64,000 nucleotides of DNA from positions 158,435 to 222,434 of the forward strand of contig CAWFEU010000009.1 in assembly GCA_963815055.1 (NCBI GenBank), given 5' to 3'. Positions within the stretch are counted from its first letter, which is position 1, and every line of letters starts with the position of its first letter. Below are positions 39,140 to 48,727 of this stretch, piece after piece. Both the position numbers and the translations under genes were made by a program. The notes under the pieces were generated by a model. The model searched no databases, was not told the origin of the DNA, and saw only the letters and a program-made list of their open reading frames with translations. The DNA comes from an uncultured Alphaproteobacteria bacterium (lineage in GTDB: Bacteria > Pseudomonadota > Alphaproteobacteria > Rhizobiales > Xanthobacteraceae).

Positions 39140-39886
39140 ATGATGCTCGGCAATGTGAAGAACAGCGGCCCCGTGGGTGTGTTCGTGGTCGTGATGATTT
39201 TGTCCCTCGTCGGACTGCTTCTGCTGCCACCGATTGCGCAGGATCAGACCTATCACGAGTTCGCCGACCAGCGAACAATCTTCGGCGTACCGAATTTCTG
39301 GAATGTCATTTCAAATTTTCCATTTATTGCGGTTGGGGCAGCAGGACTGTGGCATCTTCGTCGCGATCCGGCCATCGATGTGCTCTTTCTTGGAATTCTC
39401 CTGACCGGGTTCGGCTCGGCCTATTATCACCTGGATCCAAATGACGGTACTTTGTTTTGGGACAGATTGCCGATGGCGGTCAGTTTCATGGCTATCCTTG
39501 CGAATGCGATCGAAGAGCGAGTCGACGCGAAAGCGGGAGCGGTTCTGCTATGGCCGCTGATCGCAGTCGGCGTGTTCAGCCTATTGCTGTGGCGCTGGAC
39601 TGGCGATCTAAGGTTGTACGGCTGGGTACAGTTTTTTCCCGGCCTCGCATTGCCGTTGCTTTTCCTTCTATTCCCGCCTCAATACAGTGGTACATCCTAC
39701 TGGTTCGTCGCAGCGGCATTGTATGCGCTTGCGAAGGTGTTCGAGTTCTATGACCACGCCATTTCGATAGGATCAATCAGCGGGCATACTCTCAAGCACG
39801 TCGCTGCGGCTGCCGCGTGTTACGCGATCCTGCTGCACTTTCAGAGACGACAACCAATCGTGTTCGCGCGCGCCGGAGCCAGTTGA
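39140..39886 (+). CDS. Ceramidase-like (CREST superfamily) membrane hydrolase
   Basis: NVISNFPF, GSAYYH, WDRLPM and GHTLKH motifs. Confidence 0.82.
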   Translation: MMLGNVKNSGPVGVFVVVMILSLVGLLLLPPIAQDQTYHEFADQRTIFGVPNFWNVISNFPFIAVGAAGLWHLRRDPAIDVLFLGILLTGFGSAYYHLDPNDGTLFWDRLPMAVSFMAILANAIEERVDAKAGAVLLWPLIAVGVFSLLLWRWTGDLRLYGWVQFFPGLALPLLFLLFPPQYSGTSYWFVAAALYALAKVFEFYDHAISIGSISGHTLKHVAAAAACYAILLHFQRRQPIVFARAGAS

Positions 39887-39963
39887 ATCGCTGCTGGCGA
39901 CTGCTTCTTATCGGGCTTCATCGACCAGTATCGCGGGTAGCCCGGATTCCGATTATCGATCCT

Positions 39964-41073
39964 TTAGGGAATGAACACTAAAAACAAAAATGTTGCAAAA
40001 ACCACCAGGTGCACGAGTCCAGCAAGAATATTGGTCCGCCCTGAGCCAAATGTAAGAAGGCTCAAGAAGAGCGTGAGCGCGAGCAGCAACGTGTCGCGCT
40101 CTGACAGGCCAAGTTCAATCTGCTTGCCGATGAAGATGTTGGTAATCGCGACGGCGGGAATCGTTAAGCCGATTGTTGCCAAAGAGGAACCGAGCGCAAG
40201 ATTGAGGCTCTTCTGCAGCTCATTGCGCCTGGCCGCGCGCACCGCAGTGATGCTCTCAGGCGCCAATACCACCATGGCGATGATAATACCGGAGACGGCC
40301 TGCGGAGCGCCGATATGGGAAAGACCGATTTCCAGAATGATCGCAAACTTTTTCGCGATAAGGATGACTCCGCACAATGCCACCAAGAGTGTGACGACGC
40401 TGATTGTGACGGCCCTGTTCGACGGATAAATATGATGTCCATCCTTTGTATCGCTATCCTCCGCGCGAAAATATTCGGTGTGTCGTGACGTCTGGATAAA
40501 CAAAAACGCAGCATAAAGAACGATGGTTATAGTGCTGAAAAAGACAAGTTGTCCGCTCGAAAAGTAGGGCCCGATGGCAGTGACCGTATAATTGGGAAGT
40601 ACAAGCGTGAGAACTGATAGGGCGCCGAGGACGCTAAGGTACACGCCGGTGCCAGTCGCTTGAAATTCCTGCTCGTGGTGACGCAATCCACCCCACAGAA
40701 CACACAGGCCGACGAGGCCGTTACAGACGACCATAATGACGGCAAACACAGTATCGCGCGCCAACGCGGGCGAGCTCCCAGGCGTCAGCACAATCGACTC
40801 AATGAGAGCGACCTCGATGATGGTGACCGCCAGCGTCAGAACGAGCGTTCCGAATGGCTCCCCGACACGATGTGCGATCACATCGGCATGATGGACGGCC
40901 GCGAAAACGGCGCCGAGCATGATAATGATCATTGCCGCCGACAGTATGAGCGACAAGAGCGATGGCGGCTGCGCACCGGCATCAAATCCGATGAGTGGCG
41001 CCAGAATAACAAACGCGACCGCCAAGAGGGGGAAAGCGATCGCCATGATTGGCGTATTCGTTTGTTCAGTCAT
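39964..41073 (-). CDS. Ca2+/H+ antiporter (CaCA, ChaA-like)
   Basis: GEPFGTLVLTLAVTIIE and APESITA..LGSSLATIGLTIP alpha repeats. Confidence 0.88.
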   Translation of the reverse strand: MTEQTNTPIMAIAFPLLAVAFVILAPLIGFDAGAQPPSLLSLILSAAMIIIMLGAVFAAVHHADVIAHRVGEPFGTLVLTLAVTIIEVALIESIVLTPGSSPALARDTVFAVIMVVCNGLVGLCVLWGGLRHHEQEFQATGTGVYLSVLGALSVLTLVLPNYTVTAIGPYFSSGQLVFFSTITIVLYAAFLFIQTSRHTEYFRAEDSDTKDGHHIYPSNRAVTISVVTLLVALCGVILIAKKFAIILEIGLSHIGAPQAVSGIIIAMVVLAPESITAVRAARRNELQKSLNLALGSSLATIGLTIPAVAITNIFIGKQIELGLSERDTLLLALTLFLSLLTFGSGRTNILAGLVHLVVFATFLFLVFIP

Positions 41074-41105
41074 TGCTCTGACGTATTCAAATTTGATGAG
41101 GTGGT

Positions 41106-42542
41106 CTAGCGAGGCAATGTATTTTTGTATATCGCGCCATCTTTCATGATGACCAGAAAGTTCTTGTCGGGATCTGCGACAAGCTGGATGTTCTCCAATG
41201 GATTGCCGTCGACCAGCAGCAAGTCTGCGAGCGCGCCGGACTCGACGACACCAAGCTTGCCGGGATAGGGATTGATAAACCCGGATAGCGACATCAGCTT
41301 GCCATTGTCGGCCGTCGCCATCTTGAGTGCTTCCGCTGGCGTGTACCAGCGGGCCATCATGGCGAGGTAAGTTCCCTGGCGGCTTGCGGCGACCGCATCA
41401 AACAGGATGTCGGTACCGAATGCGGTTTTGATATTGTATTTCTTCGCCAGTTTGTATGCATTCTCCGTTCCGGCGAACACTTCCAGTGCCTTTTTCTGCG
41501 ACACAGGTGTCATTCGGGCAAATACATCTGCGTCGTAAGTCAAAGGCTGCAAGCTCCACCATATGCCTTTATCCGCCAGCAACTTGGCGGTGGGTTCGTC
41601 GATGAGCTGACCATGTTCGATGCATTTGACGCCGGCTGCGACCGCTTGGCGGATTGCACGGGGCGTGTATGCATGCACCGCGACATAAGTGCCCCAGTTT
41701 TCCGCCGCCTCAACCGCGGCATGGATCTCGGCTTCAGTGAACTGGGTCGATTCGATCGGATTGTACTGTGAGCTGACGCCACCGCCCGCCATGAGCTTGA
41801 TCTGGCTTGCTCCTTGTCGCAATTGCTCTCTTGTTCGCAGGCGGACCTCATCCGGACTATCAGCAATGGCTGCGGCACCCAGAAGTTCGGACTGACTCAA
41901 AGGCCCGCCGGGTCTGCGCGGAAGCTCGAACGGGAAACGGAAATCTCCGTGGCCTGAAGTTTGCGAGATCATTGCGCCCGAAGGATAAATGCGCGGACCT
42001 TTAGTGACGCCCTCGTCGATTGCGCGCTTGAGTCCGAACACAGGGCCGCCCATGTCGCGCACCGTTGTGAATCCCCGCATCAGAGTCGCTTCCGCCTGCC
42101 GGGCGGCCAATATCTGGAGATACGCGGGATCGGCAGTCATGAGCAGTGGCATGGATGCCCCCGCCATGAACGCATGCCAATGCGCGTCAATGAGGCCCGG
42201 CATCAATACACGTCCGCTGCCCGCGATGATCTGGACATTGGTGCCCGCCTCGACGGTGATCGGGCTTGGCGATATGCGCTCGATGATGTTGCCTCTGACC
42301 AGAACATTGGCGGGCGCCGACAGAGCGGCGCTATTTCCGTCAAAGATACGAACATTCTGAAAAAGCGTTGCCCCGCTGGGAACTGAAACAGCCGGAGGCT
42401 CCGAACCCGGTGCCGCCAGATCATAATCCTGTCCATAAATCGTCTGGCAAAGGCCGATCAAAAGCGCCGCTGATAAGATCGATGAAGCCAGAATGTCCTT
42501 CAACCTGGGCCTGTCGCCGGCGGCTGGCTGCCATGCGCGCAT
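41106..42542 (-). CDS. Exported metal-dependent amidohydrolase (prolidase-like)
   Basis: PGLIDAHWH, QIKLMAGGG, VHAY, IEHG and FGTD motifs. Confidence 0.88.
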   Translation of the reverse strand: MRAWQPAAGDRPRLKDILASSILSAALLIGLCQTIYGQDYDLAAPGSEPPAVSVPSGATLFQNVRIFDGNSAALSAPANVLVRGNIIERISPSPITVEAGTNVQIIAGSGRVLMPGLIDAHWHAFMAGASMPLLMTADPAYLQILAARQAEATLMRGFTTVRDMGGPVFGLKRAIDEGVTKGPRIYPSGAMISQTSGHGDFRFPFELPRRPGGPLSQSELLGAAAIADSPDEVRLRTREQLRQGASQIKLMAGGGVSSQYNPIESTQFTEAEIHAAVEAAENWGTYVAVHAYTPRAIRQAVAAGVKCIEHGQLIDEPTAKLLADKGIWWSLQPLTYDADVFARMTPVSQKKALEVFAGTENAYKLAKKYNIKTAFGTDILFDAVAASRQGTYLAMMARWYTPAEALKMATADNGKLMSLSGFINPYPGKLGVVESGALADLLLVDGNPLENIQLVADPDKNFLVIMKDGAIYKNTLPR

Positions 42543-42610
42543 TTATACCTCCCTGGGAGTGCTTGGCATCATGCACCGAGATCATGGCGCCCGGTGCGCA
42601 GCGCCTTCAG

Positions 42611-42626
42611 TTGGACCTCGGTCCAA
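42611..42626. promoter_or_regulatory. TTGGAC-N4-GTCCAA palindrome (perfect)
   Basis: TTGGAC-CTCG-GTCCAA, about 70 bp upstream of the amidohydrolase. Confidence 0.6.
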
Positions 42627-42824
42627 TATGCCACGGATTTCAGCGTCATATGATCGGAGAGTCCAGACTACCTCCTTCAATTAATCCGAGCGTATGACTT
42701 AGCGGACACTTGCCACTGACGGCTGTTTTCGCGGCTAAAGCAGACATACATCGCTCGGACTTGCCTCTACGTCCGCTCGTGACCCGCGGCGGACATCCGA
42801 TTTTGCACCGCACATGGTGATGTG

Positions 42825-42840
42825 TTGGACTTCGGTCCAA
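42825..42840. promoter_or_regulatory. TTGGAC-N4-GTCCAA palindrome (perfect)
   Basis: (G)TTGGAC-TTCG-GTCCAA(C), about 100 bp upstream of the mrpE-like gene. Confidence 0.6.
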
Positions 42841-42941
42841 CTCGACCCCACTTCTTGCGGGTCCGACAATTGATTAGAGAGCTTGGTGGGCGAGTGAAGC
42901 GCCTGGCCGCTGGTAAAAATCGTATATTCGGATTACCGACG

Positions 42942-43460
42942 ATGGCGACTAAACAACATAGGCTGAAAATACAACCTGGTTTTGTCTGGTTGGCGTTGCT
43001 TCTGACATTTCTTTGGTTCGCAGCAAACTCTTCTCTTGCGCTTGAGGCACTGGCGACCGGCGCTTTGATATCGGCGGTCCTTGCCTACATTTTCACGCGG
43101 AAGCGCGGCGTATGGCGAGATATTCGCTTCTCTCCCAAACGTGCCTACCATTTCGTGCTTTATACCGGTGTTTTCGTGGTTGAGCTCGTGCGCGCGAATA
43201 TCAACATGATGCGCTATGTTTTTGCGCCGCGTATCGACATCGAGCCCGGCATCGTGCGGATCAAGACCAAACTCAAGACGCCGGTAGGGCGGTTGGCCCT
43301 TGCGAACTCCATTGCCCTCACGCCTGGATCGCTGGTGATCGACATTGAGGGCCAAGACCTGTTTGTCCACTGGCTCGACGTAAAGACGACAGATGCGGAC
43401 GAAGCGACCCGCGCGATTGCGGGTGCGTTCGAAGAGCACTTGGGGAAAACATTTGGCTGA
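42942..43460 (+). CDS. Na+/H+ antiporter subunit E (MrpE/MbhA-like)
   Basis: PGIVRIKT...LANSIALTPGSL...LFVHWL motif. Confidence 0.88.
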   Translation: MATKQHRLKIQPGFVWLALLLTFLWFAANSSLALEALATGALISAVLAYIFTRKRGVWRDIRFSPKRAYHFVLYTGVFVVELVRANINMMRYVFAPRIDIEPGIVRIKTKLKTPVGRLALANSIALTPGSLVIDIEGQDLFVHWLDVKTTDADEATRAIAGAFEEHLGKTFG

Positions 43461-43713
43461 AGCAATCCTCATCGTTGCAGCTGTTCTGATTTTTCTCGGC
43501 GTAGCTTTCGGCGTGCTGCGGCTGATTATCGGTCGGACCGTGGTCGACCGAGTTGCGGCTGTCGACATGCTGACTGTCGTTTCCATTTCCCTGATCGCGC
43601 TTTACGCGCATGTTGGTGGCCGTGCCATCTACCTTGATGTCGCGCTGGTGTACGGCGTTTTGAGCTTTTTGGCGGTTCTCGCGATCGCCCGCTATCTCGA
43701 GCAAGGCCTCTGA
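43453..43713 (+). CDS. Antiporter subunit F (MrpF/MbhB-like)
   Basis: RLIIGRTVVDRVAAVD...YLDVALVY..LSFL motif. Confidence 0.85.
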   Translation: MAEAILIVAAVLIFLGVAFGVLRLIIGRTVVDRVAAVDMLTVVSISLIALYAHVGGRAIYLDVALVYGVLSFLAVLAIARYLEQGL

Positions 43714-43717
43714 CAAC

Positions 43718-43960
43718 ATGCTTGAGCTCTTCGTCTCCTTGCTGTGCGGCAGCATTCTGGTGAGTGGCCTGCTGGCCATCCGGCTCGATAATACCCTCGC
43801 GGCGGCCGTTAGCGGCGGGCTGGCCAGTCTGTTTGCCGCGGTCTGCTACGTTTTGCTGGGCGCGCCCGATGTCGCAATGACGGAGGCGTCGATCGGCTCG
43901 GGCCTGTCGATTCTCATTTTCCTTTATGCGATCCGCAGGACGACAGAGAGAGCACCATGA
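43718..43960 (+). CDS. DUF4040 / MrpA-C-terminal (MbhD-like) subunit
   Basis: LGAPDVAMTEASIGSG motif. Confidence 0.82.
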   Translation: MLELFVSLLCGSILVSGLLAIRLDNTLAAAVSGGLASLFAAVCYVLLGAPDVAMTEASIGSGLSILIFLYAIRRTTERAP

Positions 43961-44295
43961 TGGAGCTGATCGGAAGCATCCTGGTGCTACTTGGCGCGAT
44001 TTTCCACTTTTCAGCCGGGCTCGGCATGCTGCGGATGCCCGACGCCTATACACGCATGCAAGCCGGCACCAAGGCCTGCACGCTGGGCAATACCCTCGTT
44101 CTCTCAGGCTTGGCGATCTACCACCCGGGGTGGGGGTTGAAGCTATTGATCATTGTCTACTTCGTGCTGATGACAAATCCCATTTCTTCGCACGCACTGG
44201 CCCGGGCAGCGCACAGCATCCGGATTCCGATGGCGGGCAATGCCGGAATAGATGCACTGCGTGATGCGCGGAAAAAAACCCGAGGCAGCACATGA
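43957..44295 (+). CDS. Antiporter subunit G (MrpG/MbhC-like)
   Basis: RMPDAYTRMQAGTK..TLG and TNPISSHALARA motifs. Confidence 0.88.
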   Translation: MMELIGSILVLLGAIFHFSAGLGMLRMPDAYTRMQAGTKACTLGNTLVLSGLAIYHPGWGLKLLIIVYFVLMTNPISSHALARAAHSIRIPMAGNAGIDALRDARKKTRGST

Positions 44296-45002
44296 TGCGG
44301 CGCCTCTTCACTGTCGTTGCCATAGTCTCGTTCGGGCTTGTCTTGGCAAGCATTGCAATCGGCTATACCGAACAGCAGTCACTGCGGCCATTGGCGGAAA
44401 GCTATGTGAGGCTTGTCCCGCACGAGCTTGGCGCACCGAACGTCATTACCGGAATTCTATTGACCTACCGCGGCTTCGATACGCTCGGAGAGGTCGCTGT
44501 TTTGTTTATGGTGGCGGCGAGCGTCGGCCTCGTGCTGGGGACGCGGCGCGCGGGGCGCGCGACGTCGACTACGGATCGTCGTGACGAGAGCCGGCCGTCA
44601 TCGGAGATCGTGCGAACTGGAGCTGAAATTCTCGTTCCGCTCATTTGCATATTTGCGGCCTATATCATCATGAACGGGCATCTGTCGGCAGGCGGCGGCT
44701 TTCAGGGCGGCGCCGTGATCGCCTCGGCCGTTTTGCTGACACTTATGGCGTTCCCGCAATATCAGCCCAATCTCGAATTCCTCAGCATTACGGAATCGGT
44801 CGCCGGCGCGCTCTTCGTGCTTGCCGGGATCGCGGGGCTTTCCATGGCCGGCGGCTTTCTGGATAACCGCTTACTTCCGCTTGGAAAATTTGGCGCGTTC
44901 TTTAGCGCCGGCGCCATTCCTCTTTTGTCCGTATTGCTCGGCATTAAGGTCGGCTGCGAACTGAGCGTCATTCTCGATAGATTTCGTCCGCAAAAGTTGT
45001 AG
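44292..45002 (+). CDS. Antiporter subunit B (MrpB, MbhE+F-like)
   Basis: NVITGILLTYRGFDTLGE and GHLSAGGGFQGG motifs. Confidence 0.88.
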   Translation: MMRRLFTVVAIVSFGLVLASIAIGYTEQQSLRPLAESYVRLVPHELGAPNVITGILLTYRGFDTLGEVAVLFMVAASVGLVLGTRRAGRATSTTDRRDESRPSSEIVRTGAEILVPLICIFAAYIIMNGHLSAGGGFQGGAVIASAVLLTLMAFPQYQPNLEFLSITESVAGALFVLAGIAGLSMAGGFLDNRLLPLGKFGAFFSAGAIPLLSVLLGIKVGCELSVILDRFRPQKL

Positions 45003-45012
45003 GGGCGAGCCG

Positions 45013-45372
45013 ATGATCTCGCACATCGTTCTAGTGACGGGCCTTTTGCTGATCCTCATCGGGCTTTGGGGTTTGCTCACTCATCGCAACATTCTGCGGA
45101 TTATTATCAGCTTCTCTCTGATGGGGACCGGCACCCATATCGCAACCGTCGCGATAGGATATGTCAGAAACGGTACTGCTCCGATCATCGATCGCGGTCT
45201 TGATGCGTCGGAAGCCGTGTCGCGCGTTGTAGACCCAATACCCTCGGCGCTTGTGGTCACTGCAATCGTGATTGGCATGGCTGTGACGGCAATCATGCTT
45301 GCCTTTGCTATCCGGCTTTATGATTCCAAGAAGACGCTCTCCATTGACGCCTTCATGGACTCAAAATGGTGA
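45013..45372 (+). CDS. Antiporter subunit C (MrpC)
   Basis: DPIPSALVVTAIVIG motif. Confidence 0.9.
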   Translation: MISHIVLVTGLLLILIGLWGLLTHRNILRIIISFSLMGTGTHIATVAIGYVRNGTAPIIDRGLDASEAVSRVVDPIPSALVVTAIVIGMAVTAIMLAFAIRLYDSKKTLSIDAFMDSKW

Positions 45373-48300
45373 CGGGCCTCCTCCATCCCCTGAACATCTT
45401 TATTGTGGGCTTGGGCGCCGGATTCCTGATTCCATTGTTCTATCGCCTCGGCAATACCTGGGTCGCGGCGGTCTTTGTTTTTTCACTCGCGGCCATGACC
45501 TTGATCTCCGGGCATGCCGTGCTGACGCTTTTGCATGGCGCCGCGCCGATCGAAATTTTGACGGGCGGCGCCAAACCTCCCTATGCGATTAACCTGCGCA
45601 TGGGTCTCAGCGAAGGTATGGTCGCGCTTTGCGTCAACCTGACGGCGCTGTTCGGCGCAGCCTATGTCGTCCGGGAAAGATACGGCGTGTTGCTGCTTTA
45701 CCTGCTGCTCGTCATGGGCATCCAGGGCATGGTGATGACCCGTGATCTCTTCAATCTCTTCGTGTTCCTCGAGATTGTCTCCATCGCGACATACGGCCTA
45801 CTGGGATTGCGCGATACGCCGGCCGCGTTGTCGGCGACATTCAAATTTCTCATGGCCACGGTGCTGGCATCGACATTCTTCCTGATCGGCACCGTATTGC
45901 TTTATGCTGATACTGGTCTCCTTAACATCGACGACCTGATCGCGAATCGCGACGCGATTTCCGGCCCGATCGGCTTTGCCGCACTCGTATTCCTCCTCGC
46001 CAGCCTGTTACTGGAGCTGAAACCTTTTCCGGCAAACGGGTGGGGCATCGACGTTTATGAAACAGCGCGGTGCGACGTTGCCGCAATTATCTCGGGTGGC
46101 GCTTCCGCAGGTGTTTTCTTTGCTCTCCTTAAACTGCTTCCGTTGTTTGACGATCAACTTGAGGTCATCGCCGCACTCAGTGCTATGACATTCGTCCTTT
46201 CAAACCTTGTTGGCCTTCGGCAGACGAAGGCCCAACGCCTCCTTGGCTATTCCTCGGTTGGGCAGGTTGCGTTGCTGACCGTTGCTGCTTCCCTGCTGTA
46301 TCGGTTGGGTGCGAACAATGTGTTTTTCCTCGTGGTTGGCGGGCTTTTTGTCAATCACCTGTTCGCCAAAGTCGGCCTCTTCTGGCTGGCCGGCTATGTC
46401 GGAAAGGAACGTTTGCAAGACTGGTCCGTTCTTGTTGCAAAGCCTGGCGCATTGTTTTTGTTCGGGACGCTGATCGCTGCAATTTCCGGCCTGCCACCAT
46501 TCCCCGGCTTCTGGGCGAAGTGGCAACTCATAATGTCGCTGGCTTCCGCCGGACAATATGTGTGGATCGTCATCCTGCTTGTCGGCTCGCTCGTGGAAGC
46601 GGCCTATATGTTTCGCTGGCTCGGCCTGGCTCTGCATTCTTCGGCCGGGGCGGCGAAGGTCGCTGGCAAGCCGCGCGACCTAGCCCCCGTCGCCGTGATG
46701 GCTTTCCTGCTCGCGGTCACCGGTCTTATCGCTGCCGACCTGGCGGGGTTCACCGCGCACTGGATATATCTGCCGCTCGCTGCGGGGCTCGCCGTGTGGT
46801 TGCTTAGTCCGTTGCCTGGCCGCGCACAGGGCCTCATCGCCCTCGTTTTTGTGCTGGCCGGAAGTATTTGGCTCATTTCCGGCTTGTCGGGCTTCAACCA
46901 TCTGTTCGCTGTCGTTCTGGTCGCTGGTGGTCTCGTCGTTTCGATCGCCTGCCTCAACCACGCTGACCGACGTCCGGGTTTCTACCCACTTCTGGCAATC
47001 ATGCTGCTTTCGCTGGCCGCGCTGCCGGGCGTCACCACGAGCCTTGAATTTATTTTCGTCTGGGAGCTGATCACGCTCTCATCCTATTTCCTGATCCTGC
47101 GGCGATCCGAAGCGGCGCCGCATGCGCTTCAATACTTGTTGTTCTCACTGGTTGCAGCCTTTTTTCTGTTGTGTGGATTCGCGATGCTGCAAGCGCAGAC
47201 CAACAGTGGGTCGCTTTCGGCCTTGCGCCTGGCAGGTCCGGATAGCGGGGTTGTCTTTGTGCTCCTTGCGATCGGAATGCTCATAAAGGCTGGGGCTGTC
47301 GGCGTTCATGTCTGGTTGCCGGACACCTATGCCGAGGCCGATGATGATGTGTCCGCACTGCTCTCGGCGGTGATCAGCAAAGTGGCGATCTTCGGGTTGC
47401 TGCTGGTCGCCTATGTGGCGATACGCTCCGAGGTGGGCCTGAATCTTGCCCATCTCCTCGGATGGATCGGCATGCTGACGACGTTGGTCGGCGCCATGCT
47501 GGCGGTCAGCCAAAACGATATGAAGCGCATGCTGGCATATTCCAGCATGAGCCAGCTCGGGTATATCGTCACGGCGATTGCGCTGATGAGCCATCTTGGA
47601 TGGGTCACCGCGCTATATCTTGTCGCCAATCATCTCATGGTGAAGGGAATACTGTTCCTCGTTGTCGCGGGACTCATCATTCGGACAGGCACGCGCCATT
47701 TCGATGATCTGGGTGGGCTCGCACGCGTTATGCCTTTCACATTCGTGTCGGCGACCATTGCCATTGTTGCGATGTCGGGCCTGCCGCCGCTCGCCGGGTT
47801 CGGCGGCAAATGGCTGTTATTGAGCGCGATGATGGAAAAAGACTGGTACGGACCAGCCGTGATGACACTGCTGGCGACTTTTGTCGGCTTTCTCTACATG
47901 GAGCATTTTGTCCATGCGATCTTTTTCGGGCGTTGCAGGGCGAACCATCGCAACTTGACCGAAGCACCGATTGCCTTGCTCATACCCCAATATCTTCTCG
48001 TCGCGGGCATTCTGGTGATGTCATTTTTTCCGAAACTTTTGATCGAGCCGGTTTCTCAGGTGATCGATCCGCAATTTGCGTCAACGCTGGTGTGGCAAGG
48101 CATGTCGTTGGAGATGATTTATGGCTATTGGAATCCATTCCCGGTCATGATGTTTGCGGTGATCGTTTCCGCCATGTTGTTTGGACTGTTCTGGTTGGTG
48201 CGAAATTCAGGTTGGCTGCGAGCACGTGCCGGCCTATATCGTTTCTTCACGGCCGTTTTTTCGACACTGACGCCGCCTGTTGCCGTCGCATTCTGGAGTG

Positions 48301-48446
48301 GATTGAGCAATGCCACCACGTCGTTCGCGCAAGGCGCGCGGAAGCTCTACACCGGTAATGCTCAAGCGTACAATTTGTACATCTTGTACTATTTTATCGC
48401 TTTGTACGTCGCCGCCGGCGGTCTCCGGTTTGCACTGATCAACTAG
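45366..48446 (+). CDS. Fused double MrpD/NuoM-like proton-translocating subunit (1026 aa)
   Basis: Two complete antiporter modules: DLFNLFVFLE..NHLFAK..GFWAKW and FIFVWE..KAGAVGVHVWLP..NHLMVK..GFGGKW. Confidence 0.85.
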   Translation: MVTGLLHPLNIFIVGLGAGFLIPLFYRLGNTWVAAVFVFSLAAMTLISGHAVLTLLHGAAPIEILTGGAKPPYAINLRMGLSEGMVALCVNLTALFGAAYVVRERYGVLLLYLLLVMGIQGMVMTRDLFNLFVFLEIVSIATYGLLGLRDTPAALSATFKFLMATVLASTFFLIGTVLLYADTGLLNIDDLIANRDAISGPIGFAALVFLLASLLLELKPFPANGWGIDVYETARCDVAAIISGGASAGVFFALLKLLPLFDDQLEVIAALSAMTFVLSNLVGLRQTKAQRLLGYSSVGQVALLTVAASLLYRLGANNVFFLVVGGLFVNHLFAKVGLFWLAGYVGKERLQDWSVLVAKPGALFLFGTLIAAISGLPPFPGFWAKWQLIMSLASAGQYVWIVILLVGSLVEAAYMFRWLGLALHSSAGAAKVAGKPRDLAPVAVMAFLLAVTGLIAADLAGFTAHWIYLPLAAGLAVWLLSPLPGRAQGLIALVFVLAGSIWLISGLSGFNHLFAVVLVAGGLVVSIACLNHADRRPGFYPLLAIMLLSLAALPGVTTSLEFIFVWELITLSSYFLILRRSEAAPHALQYLLFSLVAAFFLLCGFAMLQAQTNSGSLSALRLAGPDSGVVFVLLAIGMLIKAGAVGVHVWLPDTYAEADDDVSALLSAVISKVAIFGLLLVAYVAIRSEVGLNLAHLLGWIGMLTTLVGAMLAVSQNDMKRMLAYSSMSQLGYIVTAIALMSHLGWVTALYLVANHLMVKGILFLVVAGLIIRTGTRHFDDLGGLARVMPFTFVSATIAIVAMSGLPPLAGFGGKWLLLSAMMEKDWYGPAVMTLLATFVGFLYMEHFVHAIFFGRCRANHRNLTEAPIALLIPQYLLVAGILVMSFFPKLLIEPVSQVIDPQFASTLVWQGMSLEMIYGYWNPFPVMMFAVIVSAMLFGLFWLVRNSGWLRARAGLYRFFTAVFSTLTPPVAVAFWSGLSNATTSFAQGARKLYTGNAQAYNLYILYYFIALYVAAGGLRFALIN

Positions 48447-48727
48447 TGGGCCTTACTTTTTCTAACAGGCCCATTGTATCAGACCTGCTGCAGGAGGACG
48501 TTCAGGTCCATAGATGATTGCTTGCCTTATTCGCCGCGTTGGCGCCTTCGGGACCGCCCGCTGCAAAGCCGACGACCAACACGGCACCATTCATTGCTCC
48601 GGCGAAAGTGCTCGAAATTCTACCAATGCGTAGCCAGGTTACTCCAGGAAACCAGCGCCGGATCTCGGGCAGACCTCGGTTGCTTCGCCATGGCATTCTT
48701 TTAATGCTATTTGACCGGTGGTGTGCA

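Noticed and set aside
42695-42800. Degenerate GCGGACA/GCAGACAT/GTCCGC repeats upstream of the antiporter operon
   Set aside because: Resembles a decayed rhizobial intergenic repeat, but too degenerate to define boundaries or function.
42824-42841. C(UUCG)G tetraloop hairpin as an RNA element
   Set aside because: Other copies of the same palindrome have unrelated 4-nt spacers and there is no U-tract, which favours a DNA operator over an RNA hairpin.
48447-48727. Short ORFs after the fused MrpD gene as remnants of a NuoH/hydrogenase module
   Set aside because: No recognisable Nuo or hydrogenase motifs in any frame I translated.
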